Shown here piece after piece: positions 1 through 8,613 of a DNA stretch of 20,000 nucleotides. Origin of the DNA: an uncultured virus (IMG/VR IMGVR_UViG_3300023173_001245) (taxonomy: Duplodnaviria; Heunggongvirae; Uroviricota; Caudoviricetes); the IMG/VR virus record IMGVR_UViG_3300023173_001245; one strand, given 5' to 3'. The notes below the pieces were generated by a model, which searched no databases, was not told the origin of the DNA, and saw nothing but the letters and a program-made list of their open reading frames with translations. The translations under genes and the position numbers were made by a program. The first letter of the stretch is position 1. Every line of letters begins with the position of its first letter.

Positions 1-56
1 TGCTGTTGTAGAAGATCTGGGCGATTGAAAACCATCGCATAGATTTTAACTAGCAT
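1..56 (-). CDS. 5' end of a CDS running off the window (MLVKIYAMVFNRPDLLQQ...), possibly a GT-A/GT2-like glycosyltransferase
   Basis: ATG at 56 overlaps the end of the 46..888 ORF. The frame is open to the window edge. The FNRPD N-terminal motif resembles GT-A enzymes. Confidence 0.55.
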   Translation of the reverse strand, partial: MLVKIYAMVFNRPDLLQQ

Positions 57-888
57 AATAATTCAGTAGAATTTTTACGGTTGCTTCTGGTGATAGTTCT
101 CTATCAACAAAGTCTTTGGGAGTATAATCATTCAGTTTGCTTTGGAAGATGGCAAACTGTTCTTCAAATTGATCGAAGGAAGTTATACGCTCTCCACATT
201 CATCAGACCAATAAGGAACAGAGGTAGCAGGAACAGTATGTTCTTGTCCCATATGATCCCATACAGTTTGATCCCAAACGAATAGTGGTTTATTTACTGC
301 CATCATTTCTTGAATGGCAATACCTTGGCTCTCCGTATTATCAATTATAACACAGTACTTCACTTCACTCAAGCACTCTTTAAACTCTTCTTGAGTGTAG
401 TTTCCGTATTGGAGACCAGTATATGATATGCGTCTCTGCTCAAAGAAGTTTAGAACTTTGAGCAGATCTTCTTCTGGTCGGTTCTTATAATAGATTAAAC
501 AATCCGTTTTGATATTATCTTCAATCTCTGGACCATAGATAGCAACTGGCCAAATTGCTGTTTTGTAATCTGGGAAAGACTTATTATAAGAGTCTTGGCA
601 CCACTGCCCAGGAACAAGGATCTTATTGTACTCAGTAAGGTGAGAAAACTCTGGAGCAAATGGCCAAATCTGTGGACCAACTAGCAGGTTCTTTTTATTC
701 TTTAGAGCATGATACTTTGGAAGATGATAATCATCCCAGTGAAGAAACAAAGTATTATCATACTTTTCTTCATTAAGAACGAATGGTGTATTCGTATCCT
801 CCAACGATCTAATCAGGTTTTCAATTACCTTCTTAGGTCCAGACATTCTGGATCCCAGATGACTATCCCTATAAAAAACATTAAGCAT
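46..888 (-). CDS. Putative GT-B fold (GT4-like) glycosyltransferase
   Basis: 280 aa; C-terminal ESQGIAIQEM matches the E-x7-E GT-B motif; lies in the glycan operon. Confidence 0.65.
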   Translation of the reverse strand: MLNVFYRDSHLGSRMSGPKKVIENLIRSLEDTNTPFVLNEEKYDNTLFLHWDDYHLPKYHALKNKKNLLVGPQIWPFAPEFSHLTEYNKILVPGQWCQDSYNKSFPDYKTAIWPVAIYGPEIEDNIKTDCLIYYKNRPEEDLLKVLNFFEQRRISYTGLQYGNYTQEEFKECLSEVKYCVIIDNTESQGIAIQEMMAVNKPLFVWDQTVWDHMGQEHTVPATSVPYWSDECGERITSFDQFEEQFAIFQSKLNDYTPKDFVDRELSPEATVKILLNYYAS

Positions 889-1777
889 TTTCTTCTATCC
901 ACTGATGTAAATTTACTTTTGCTTTCCATCCATATGCATCTCTTATTTTAGATACATCAGCAAGACTTTGGCGTGCTTCTGCTGGTCTTGGTGGAATGTG
1001 TGTGATTTTATCAGAAATCATTTCAGCAATTTCTTTCACAGAAATTGCCATACCTGTACCAACATTATAAACTTCACCGTAATTATCCACATCTTTTTCT
1101 GCAACTGTCAAATTAGCAGATGCAATATCAGACACATGAATAAAATCTCTAGTTTGTCTACCATCACCTACTACTGTCAATGCCTTCCCATCATTTTTTT
1201 GTCTAGAAAAAATACCAATTACTGGAGCATACTGTCCAGTCTTTGGTTGACGAGGGCCATATACATTAAAATATCTCAAAGTTACGGTCTTAATATTATA
1301 CAGATCATTATACATTTTCATCAATGTTTCACCAGACAATTTAGAAACAGAGTAAGAATTCAAGGGGTCTGGATTATCACTCTCAACACAAATCTTATCT
1401 GTCAATCCATATATTGCAGCAGTAGATGAAAAAACTACCTTCTCAACTCCAGCAAGTCTAGCCGCTTCTAAAACAGTAGTAGTAGAACAAACATTATTCA
1501 GATAAGTTTCTGCTGGATTCTCAATACAGAAAGAAATAGAGACATCAGATGCTAGATGAAAAATACAATCTACGCCTTCACATAATCCAATAAATCGATC
1601 GAGATTATAAGGACTGATATCAAATTTATGATTATCTGTAGATGAGTTCCAATAGTATTCATCATGACTATTAGCAGATTCATTATCTACAACAATAACC
1701 TGGTGATCATTTTCAAGCAAATGATCTACCAAGTTTGATCCAATAAAACCAGCACCGCCAGTAACTAAACACTTCAT
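881..1777 (-). CDS. NAD-dependent nucleotide-sugar epimerase/dehydratase (GalE/WbpP-like extended SDR)
   Basis: GGAGFIG Rossmann motif, catalytic YSVSK (YxxxK), LRYFNVYGP and GDGRQTRDFIHV. Confidence 0.92.
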   Translation of the reverse strand: MKCLVTGGAGFIGSNLVDHLLENDHQVIVVDNESANSHDEYYWNSSTDNHKFDISPYNLDRFIGLCEGVDCIFHLASDVSISFCIENPAETYLNNVCSTTTVLEAARLAGVEKVVFSSTAAIYGLTDKICVESDNPDPLNSYSVSKLSGETLMKMYNDLYNIKTVTLRYFNVYGPRQPKTGQYAPVIGIFSRQKNDGKALTVVGDGRQTRDFIHVSDIASANLTVAEKDVDNYGEVYNVGTGMAISVKEIAEMISDKITHIPPRPAEARQSLADVSKIRDAYGWKAKVNLHQWIEENA

Positions 1778-2415
1778 CAGTACAATCCAGTTGGTTTCCA
1801 GAAGTTCTTATGTGGTTGAAACAGTTCATGTGATGGATATGAACTCAGTGGTTGATCTGTTCCATTTGAACTTGTTTGATAGAAGAAAGGATCATCAAAA
1901 GCATATACATTATAATAACGTTGTACTTCGGCAAATCCAATATCCTGGTGGTCAGAGATATCATACCCGTTCTTTGAGATCTTGCTACAGAGAGAAGCAT
2001 ACTCACTGCTCAAGTATAAGATGGCATGAGCACCCAGCATATTATACACTCTTACCAGTCCATTATCAAGTTTTTCATATTGAACAAAAGGTCCAGAGTG
2101 AGAGTTCATTCTTCCCCAGGAAGAGATGCCAAGATACACGGCATCGGCATCATCAGGAACCTCAATCTCTGGAGTAAAATTCTTGATCACACAATCATCT
2201 TCAAAGACAATGAAAGGAACATCCAATTCATTCAGTGCCACATGATGAGATAGAGAACACCCAGCAAGATGGCGATCAGGGAAAGCATATGCTTCTACAC
2301 GAATGATAGTTTCGAAACCACATTCCTCAAGCATCTTAACCATCCGCTCATTCTTCTCGGTATCCCGATCAAGATTGATATAGATGGCAGGAATTTTTCT
2401 AAGATCTAAGTTCAT
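1777..2415 (-). CDS. Glycosyltransferase family 25-like
   Basis: YINLDRD..R.M, GCSLSH and VFEDD motifs typical of GT25 LOS/LPS transferases. Confidence 0.78.
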   Translation of the reverse strand: MNLDLRKIPAIYINLDRDTEKNERMVKMLEECGFETIIRVEAYAFPDRHLAGCSLSHHVALNELDVPFIVFEDDCVIKNFTPEIEVPDDADAVYLGISSWGRMNSHSGPFVQYEKLDNGLVRVYNMLGAHAILYLSSEYASLCSKISKNGYDISDHQDIGFAEVQRYYNVYAFDDPFFYQTSSNGTDQPLSSYPSHELFQPHKNFWKPTGLY

Positions 2416-3094
2416 TGTGGTTCTTCTTCAAAGCAATAATTTTAGGCTCATAAGGATAACTAGGATTACCCATATGCTCTTCAGCAAAGCAATAAGATGG
2501 TGTTAAACTCAGTGTTGGGGGATTATCAATTAGATAACGGTTCATCTGCGACTCATCGTGCCACAGAGCAATCACACCGTTATCCAGGTCTTTGGTTACT
2601 CGATCAGCAAGAACCTCTGCCATCTCAAGGAACCTCTTGGTAGATCCACCATTGAACCCACCAGCATAATAGAGTTCTCCTTCTTCACCCACAGGAACAT
2701 ATGCTAGAGACTTTTCGTTCCTATCATATGAACGCTCTTCCTTAGGATAGAAGGATTGATAGGGATGCATTGTGGCGACCAGATCACTTAGAACTTCATC
2801 ACCAACCTTATCTACCAGACCCATATCTACATCAAAGTAGAAGCAGTAATCAAACTGAGAGATAAACTCTTTTTCTTTTACAAAGTAGTTGTACCTCTTG
2901 AGTGTTGGCATTGGCCAAGGTTCATGATCAATCTGACAAACTCTAACGTTGTCAGATGTTTCTACTTCATGATCAGTGAAAAGAAGACATTGAATCTCAT
3001 GACCGTTGAGAAAGTTCTCTTCAATATTATCAAGGAGTCGTTCAACAAACTGAATGTACTTGTTTGTTGCGATGGTCAGAATACAGATCTTCAT
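2399..3094 (-). CDS. Glycosyltransferase family 6 (ABO/alpha-1,3-Gal(NAc) transferase-like)
   Basis: IATNKY, FDVDM (DXD), YYAGGFNGG, WHDESQMNRY and PKIIALKKNH motifs characteristic of GT6. Confidence 0.92.
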   Translation of the reverse strand: MKICILTIATNKYIQFVERLLDNIEENFLNGHEIQCLLFTDHEVETSDNVRVCQIDHEPWPMPTLKRYNYFVKEKEFISQFDYCFYFDVDMGLVDKVGDEVLSDLVATMHPYQSFYPKEERSYDRNEKSLAYVPVGEEGELYYAGGFNGGSTKRFLEMAEVLADRVTKDLDNGVIALWHDESQMNRYLIDNPPTLSLTPSYCFAEEHMGNPSYPYEPKIIALKKNHNELRS

Positions 3095-3861
3095 TTCTTC
3101 ACCATAGTCGTATAGTATAGGTAACCATTAGGTGGCCAAAAGTCTAGAACTTTTTCTACGGTTACATCAAAATCTTCTCTTGCTCTTTCAAGAAGAACTT
3201 CTCTGCTTACCTCACCACGATTGAGAATCATATAAACTCTCTTCGCATTCTTGATTACGTTCTCATAGTATGCGTTTTGTAGATCCAAATTGAGCTCAGA
3301 GTAAGCATAGTTGCTAATCACAAGATCAATATCTTCAATGGGATCCACAGAAGAATGGAAGGTCACCTTTTCACCAACATCAAAGTTGGAAAGGTACTTC
3401 TGTTGAAGTCTTGATGCTGGTTCTACATCATAGATGTGATACTCATCAAAATCACAAAGGCAACTGATGCTCTTACAAAGACCACCATAACCACCACCAA
3501 TCTCTACGATCTTATTGATATCTCCTTCACCAACAAAGTGTCCAATATCAAGAGTGTTTTGAACATAGCGAAGAGTTGATGGAGAAACAAGACCAAAAGG
3601 TTCTCCATAATCAACTACTCGTGATCCGCCCAGTTTATCATTCTCTTTAAACTGTTCGATGATTTCTTCATCCAGTTCATACTGAGCAATACCATTAAAG
3701 TACCTCTGCCCGTGCTCTGGAGAGACGTGCTCTAGGATTGCCGTATATCTTGGATCTTGTTTGAACTTTGCGAAAACTTCATCACTCTCTACTGCCTCAT
3801 TACAAATTTCAGCATAAGGAGTAACGTCTTGTGTCGTAAGACATGCCCAATCTTCAATCAT
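3091..3861 (-). CDS. Putative sugar O-methyltransferase (class I SAM-dependent)
   Basis: IVEIGGGYGG SAM-binding motif and DLVISNYAYSEL. Start placed at ATG 3861, an ATGA overlap with the upstream stop. Confidence 0.75.
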   Translation of the reverse strand: MIEDWACLTTQDVTPYAEICNEAVESDEVFAKFKQDPRYTAILEHVSPEHGQRYFNGIAQYELDEEIIEQFKENDKLGGSRVVDYGEPFGLVSPSTLRYVQNTLDIGHFVGEGDINKIVEIGGGYGGLCKSISCLCDFDEYHIYDVEPASRLQQKYLSNFDVGEKVTFHSSVDPIEDIDLVISNYAYSELNLDLQNAYYENVIKNAKRVYMILNRGEVSREVLLERAREDFDVTVEKVLDFWPPNGYLYYTTMVKK

Positions 3862-4667
3862 AACCAACTCCAGTTACCAGTGTTAAATTCCATATCCGTT
3901 ACATCCTTATTTACACACCCGCCACCAAACCAGTTTTTGGGGGCAATCACATGCTTACTCTTTGCCAACCAAGCACCCCACCAGGAGAATGAGGAATTGG
4001 CAATGATGTGATATGAAGCAAGAGTCATCATACACATATCAACTTCCGTACCGTTACCTTCCAGGATGAAGAACCGATCTGGACGGAAGAACTCGTGTGC
4101 CTTACACCACTCAGTATCGTCAGAGAATACAAGAACAGGAATATCACTTGGTAGTTTATCAAGTGCCTGCTGGTAGTATTCAACAGTTTGAACAGGATGA
4201 TTATCATTCAATACATAATCACCACGGCGAATATGAAGAGAGACAACCTCAGTATCACCTAGATTTTCCTTGAATGCTTCTCTACAATCTTTGATTACAT
4301 CAGTCTTGAACAAGAAGTCCTCACGGATCTCATCTTCAATATGCTTGAAGTATTTCTCTGTTTGAAAGTATCCAAAGAGATCTACCTTATCTGGGCAGTT
4401 CTCAAACAGTTCCACATCAAAAGTATGATATCTTTCTTGGAGAACTGGATTTTGAACTACGGCAACAGTATTCCTGTTCTCAATATTGAAAACATCATAC
4501 AGTGTTACGTCAGAGTTCTTGACATTATAATCCTGAGCACCAAAGAAATTTTTCGGTGGGATTACAAAGTCATATCCACGATGCCTAGCAATACCCTTCA
4601 AAGAAGCATATTGAAACATTTGATTGGCGAGTCTGCCAAGATTGCCAAGATTATTGAACGAGATCAT
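3858..4667 (-). CDS. Alpha-1,2-fucosyltransferase, GT11
   Basis: GRLANQMFQYA, GYFQTEKYF, HIRRGDY and NSSFSWWGAWL; all canonical GT11 motifs are present. Confidence 0.93.
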   Translation of the reverse strand: MISFNNLGNLGRLANQMFQYASLKGIARHRGYDFVIPPKNFFGAQDYNVKNSDVTLYDVFNIENRNTVAVVQNPVLQERYHTFDVELFENCPDKVDLFGYFQTEKYFKHIEDEIREDFLFKTDVIKDCREAFKENLGDTEVVSLHIRRGDYVLNDNHPVQTVEYYQQALDKLPSDIPVLVFSDDTEWCKAHEFFRPDRFFILEGNGTEVDMCMMTLASYHIIANSSFSWWGAWLAKSKHVIAPKNWFGGGCVNKDVTDMEFNTGNWSWL

Positions 4668-5538
4668 TCTTTTGATACCAGTCTATTGTTTTCTTAATAC
4701 CTTCTTTGAGTGTTGTAAATTTAAAATCACCAATCACATCGATAAGTTTGGTGTTATCAACGACCTTTACTTGATCTCCAATCATTGTGCTTGAGTCAAA
4801 TACAACTTTGTTTTTGAAATCTAGGCACTCTTTGATAACTTCCACAATATCAATGATTGATATCTGCTTGGCAGAAGAAACAATGATTGGATCTTTGACT
4901 TCCTTGTTGGGGAGAATCAAGTCTATAATAGCATTCAAATCCTCAACATACAAGTAGTTTCTAAAAACTTTACCGTTCCCATAAAGATGAACATCAGTGT
5001 TCTCTTTAATTGCTTTATGAAAACGATAGATCAAATTATGTATTACAGTTCCGTCCTGGTGGAATTTACCATGGGGACCATAAGTATTTCCAAGATAGAT
5101 TGATTTATAGTTCAATCCATAATCCAATTGATATGCCTTACAAAGACCAACACAAATCTTCTTAGAGTAGGCATACCCAAAGATCTTTTCATTCACTTCA
5201 CCATAGATCGACTCTTCAGTAAATGGTGAAGGATGATTTGGATCAAAAGAAGTAATTGTAGAGAGCATAAGTAGATTTTCTACACCAACTTCTCTACAAG
5301 CCTTAATAATATTCATATCACTCAATACATTGTTTTCGATGTACTGAGTATGATCCTTCAACATCTCAACGGCAGATCCATGCTTAGCAGCAGCATGAAT
5401 AACAGTCGTTGGGGAATGCTTTTCTAGTGTTTGAACTACCGAACGATAATCAGTTAGATCACATTTACTCCTAGCAACTCTCACATCGGCAGTAATATTG
5501 CTACCGATAAATCCATTTCCACCTGTTACAAGTTTCAT
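4651..5538 (-). CDS. fcl: GDP-L-fucose synthase-like epimerase/reductase
   Basis: GGNGFIG, CDLTD, HAAAKHG, GYAYSKK (YxxxK) and N.YGP; sits between two GT11 genes. Confidence 0.75.
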   Translation of the reverse strand: MKLVTGGNGFIGSNITADVRVARSKCDLTDYRSVVQTLEKHSPTTVIHAAAKHGSAVEMLKDHTQYIENNVLSDMNIIKACREVGVENLLMLSTITSFDPNHPSPFTEESIYGEVNEKIFGYAYSKKICVGLCKAYQLDYGLNYKSIYLGNTYGPHGKFHQDGTVIHNLIYRFHKAIKENTDVHLYGNGKVFRNYLYVEDLNAIIDLILPNKEVKDPIIVSSAKQISIIDIVEVIKECLDFKNKVVFDSSTMIGDQVKVVDNTKLIDVIGDFKFTTLKEGIKKTIDWYQKNDLVQ

Positions 5539-6255
5539 TTAGTCTTCTCTAATTACAATGTAACGATCTTCATCATCAACAAACCAATTCACACCACTCT
5601 CTGTTGGAATGAGATCTGCTTTCCAAGGGTAGTAAATCTCTTCAGCATTAGAGAGAAATGCTGCCCACCAACAGTATGTAGAAGAGGTCAAGAGGATCTT
5701 GTTTGCCGACTTAATAAGAGCAAACTGTTCTAAAGGAGAGAACTGAGCTTTAACTACTTCAACGTCAAGGTCATTAATGAAATCAAAAAACGGATCATCA
5801 AAAGAGTCTGTACATAGAATAATACGATCGTGCTCTACATGACTGAACACTTCTTTGAAGTATTCTTTGGATGGGCATAGATCTGTAGGATATCCGTTCC
5901 ATCCTCTACGAATAGAGACAACAAAATCAGTTGGAAGAACCTTGATAGGAGACTTTACATCCAACTCAAACCATTCTTTTACTTTCTCTTTGTGCTTGCG
6001 AATGTGTTCATATCGTTGAACATATCCTGCCATCTCAACTCTACTGTTCGCCAAAGAGTTGGCATCAAAAGAATGTCCTTCAATCCTTACAACAGGACTA
6101 TCATATTCATTCCCATCTACAACTTGTTCAGTATTTGGAAATCCAGGAATTGAATAACAGTTCAGTTTTAAATTATTTTCTTCGGCAATTACGCGGGCAA
6201 CGGCATACTGCCACATATTGTTGCCCAGTGTTCCCAACTTATGTACGTTAATCAT
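5539..6255 (-). CDS. Divergent GT11-like glycosyltransferase
   Basis: GTLGNNMWQYA, SIRRG (variant of HxRRGDY) and SSTYCWWAAFL. Start at ATG 6255 (ATGA overlap). Confidence 0.75.
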   Translation of the reverse strand: MINVHKLGTLGNNMWQYAVARVIAEENNLKLNCYSIPGFPNTEQVVDGNEYDSPVVRIEGHSFDANSLANSRVEMAGYVQRYEHIRKHKEKVKEWFELDVKSPIKVLPTDFVVSIRRGWNGYPTDLCPSKEYFKEVFSHVEHDRIILCTDSFDDPFFDFINDLDVEVVKAQFSPLEQFALIKSANKILLTSSTYCWWAAFLSNAEEIYYPWKADLIPTESGVNWFVDDEDRYIVIRED

Positions 6256-7031
6256 TCTTCCCAAGAGCGATGGGTTTCATTCAGTTCGTTAATGAACTTA
6301 GCAAGGGGACTGCCAGAGAACTTTTCAAACTCATGATTATCTTTGATGAAGCAATGTCCACCCCATCCAAACTTGCCATCCCATCCAGGAACTTGAGTAT
6401 GTGATGTGCCAATACGCTCATCCATACCAGCAATCATACGGAACTCATCAAAGGTAGACTCACATCCCAGTTTCTGATGTGCCCTATAGAGTTCATTATA
6501 GATGGAAACCTTAGTTGCCAGGAAGAAGTTTTCGGCATACTTAATCAGTGCGGCACTACGAATATCAGTAATACCAACTCTATAATGATCAAGATTGTCC
6601 AGGCGATCTACAAAGATATCAGCAACTGTTTGTGCTGCTTCTTTTTCACCACCAATGATACAGAAGTTCTGGTTCTGGAACTTCTCAATATTATGACGAG
6701 AGTCTAGATATTCGGGACTGTGAAGAACTCGAATATTCTTATACTTTTGTTGGGCAGAGTAATAATAGTCTGGAGTAGAAGTTGACTTACAACAAACAGG
6801 AGTATTGTTTCCAATATGACTATTCACCTGAGCAAGGATCTTATCTAAGAGACCGTGGTTATCTCCCTTTGGAGTATCTACACAAACAAAGACGGCATCA
6901 AACTGCTCACCATCATGATTAGCGATTACATCATCACTCAACTTTGGATCGATGATTACCTTTTCTTCATCGGTAAAAATAGAGGCAACGGCAGATCCAA
7001 CATAACCGTGCCCAACAATCATTACTCTCAT
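6252..7031 (-). CDS. UDP-glucose/GDP-mannose dehydrogenase family, short form without the C-terminal domain
   Basis: GHGYVG, FVCVDTP, KST, SPEYL, KYAENFFLATKVS and GWGGHCFIKD (catalytic Cys). Start at ATG 7031 (ATGA overlap). Confidence 0.85.
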   Translation of the reverse strand: MRVMIVGHGYVGSAVASIFTDEEKVIIDPKLSDDVIANHDGEQFDAVFVCVDTPKGDNHGLLDKILAQVNSHIGNNTPVCCKSTSTPDYYYSAQQKYKNIRVLHSPEYLDSRHNIEKFQNQNFCIIGGEKEAAQTVADIFVDRLDNLDHYRVGITDIRSAALIKYAENFFLATKVSIYNELYRAHQKLGCESTFDEFRMIAGMDERIGTSHTQVPGWDGKFGWGGHCFIKDNHEFEKFSGSPLAKFINELNETHRSWEE

Positions 7032-7762
7032 TTTACTCTCCAAATGGTTAGACTCTCACGCCACCAGAAATAGAACTTGCTATACTTGCGAGACTCATTC
7101 AAGAACTTGTCAGTCATATCCTGATCAATTTCAAATCCCCAGGCATTCATGAGTTTTTGTACATCATGATAATAAAGAGGACTGATATGCTGAGGTGGAG
7201 CATCAGCGGGAGGATAAGTTCCACTCCAAGTAAGAATTAGATACTTTCCAGTAATCTTCTTGAGATTATCAAGGAATACATCTAAGAACTTAGGATCAAC
7301 GTGCTCGGCAACTTCAGTACAGTTGACAAGATCAAACTTCACATCATCCTCAATGGGATCACGGATATCAAGAATATTGATACAATCCTGAATTTTTTCA
7401 TCAGCATTGTCTTTTTGATATTGAAAGTATTCAATACCACAAGCATCAGTATAGTTTAGCATATTGTATACTAGATGACCAGTGGCACATCCAACATCAC
7501 AAAAAGTATTAATCTCTTCAAGATCAAAGGTTGCTTTTATACACTGATAGTATTCATCATAAGGAGAAGAATCTTCCCTAAGTTCCAACTCTGGTGGATA
7601 CATGATATCAATGTCAACCTTACCACTCTCACAGAAGGAAAGAGGTGGATTTCTTTGAAGGATATTTGAATCTAGATGAGAGTGTTGCTTGTCAATAACG
7701 GATGAAATGCGATCACTCCAAGAAAGATTTTGTTCGTAAAATTCTTTAATCATTTCTCTCAA
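7028..7762 (-). CDS. Class I SAM-dependent methyltransferase
   Basis: DVGCATG and FDLVNCTEVAEHV motifs. The start could be ATG 7753. Confidence 0.8.
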   Translation of the reverse strand: MREMIKEFYEQNLSWSDRISSVIDKQHSHLDSNILQRNPPLSFCESGKVDIDIMYPPELELREDSSPYDEYYQCIKATFDLEEINTFCDVGCATGHLVYNMLNYTDACGIEYFQYQKDNADEKIQDCINILDIRDPIEDDVKFDLVNCTEVAEHVDPKFLDVFLDNLKKITGKYLILTWSGTYPPADAPPQHISPLYYHDVQKLMNAWGFEIDQDMTDKFLNESRKYSKFYFWWRESLTIWRVK

Positions 7763-8612
7763 GTAAAACGTGGTTCCCTTTCTTTTCGTATGCTAGATAA
7801 TCAACTCCAACGTATAGTTCTTGATCATCGATTTGATAATTGGTCCAATCACCAAAGAAAGGACGATTAACATCAATTATACCAGCAAGAGCATCAATTG
7901 AGGAACCAACGTCAAGAAATACTGCATCAGTATATTTCTTAAGTCGATGAATAAGACCCGACTTAACGTGTCCCATACCCATCAGAAAGATCTTAGAAGT
8001 TGAGTTTTTAAGTTGCTCACCAACCATTCTTTCAGTTGCTTCAAGATCATCACAAGCAAAACGCTGCGGAAGAGAGATATAATCTTGAAACTTTTCAAGT
8101 CCAAGATACTCTTGATATTGTGGAGCTTCAATAACATTCTCAATGATATTGAGTTTGCTATCTGCACCAATCAATCCAATTTTACCTGAAAACTCTTGAA
8201 GAATCCATTTGTTAGCAACCAGTCCATATCCATACTCAGCAGGATAATCAATCTGGGTATCAGGAATAACTTCGTTGAACTTTGAGATATTTTCGGGGTA
8301 GATTTCGCATGTGTAGTAATCACACAATTTGGCACCATCCACAAAGTCCTCATGACCAATATCATCATACCCTTTACTCAGTGCTCTACGACCAGGGGAA
8401 GCACTACCAATTCCCTGCTTCTTAAGGAAGAAATAATCCCCATCACCGAATTTGTAGAATGTTTTAGACTCGTTGTTAGCAACAAGATTTTTCAAAAGAT
8501 CCTTAAACTCTCCTAGTTTCTCTTGAAATTTTGGGAAGGTATCTGGATTACCAAAGCATGGGTTGGCATCCAGATTTACGGTTCCTTCGATTTTGTAATT
8601 GTCCAAATACAT
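7746..8612 (-). CDS. Hypothetical protein, possibly a GT-D fold (DUF1792-like) glycosyltransferase
   Basis: KFGDGD resembles the RFGDGE motif, and the C-terminal FLDVGSSID resembles the IDIG(H/S) motif of GT-D proteins. Confidence 0.55.
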   Translation of the reverse strand: MYLDNYKIEGTVNLDANPCFGNPDTFPKFQEKLGEFKDLLKNLVANNESKTFYKFGDGDYFFLKKQGIGSASPGRRALSKGYDDIGHEDFVDGAKLCDYYTCEIYPENISKFNEVIPDTQIDYPAEYGYGLVANKWILQEFSGKIGLIGADSKLNIIENVIEAPQYQEYLGLEKFQDYISLPQRFACDDLEATERMVGEQLKNSTSKIFLMGMGHVKSGLIHRLKKYTDAVFLDVGSSIDALAGIIDVNRPFFGDWTNYQIDDQELYVGVDYLAYEKKGNHVLLERND

Positions 8613-8613
8613 A

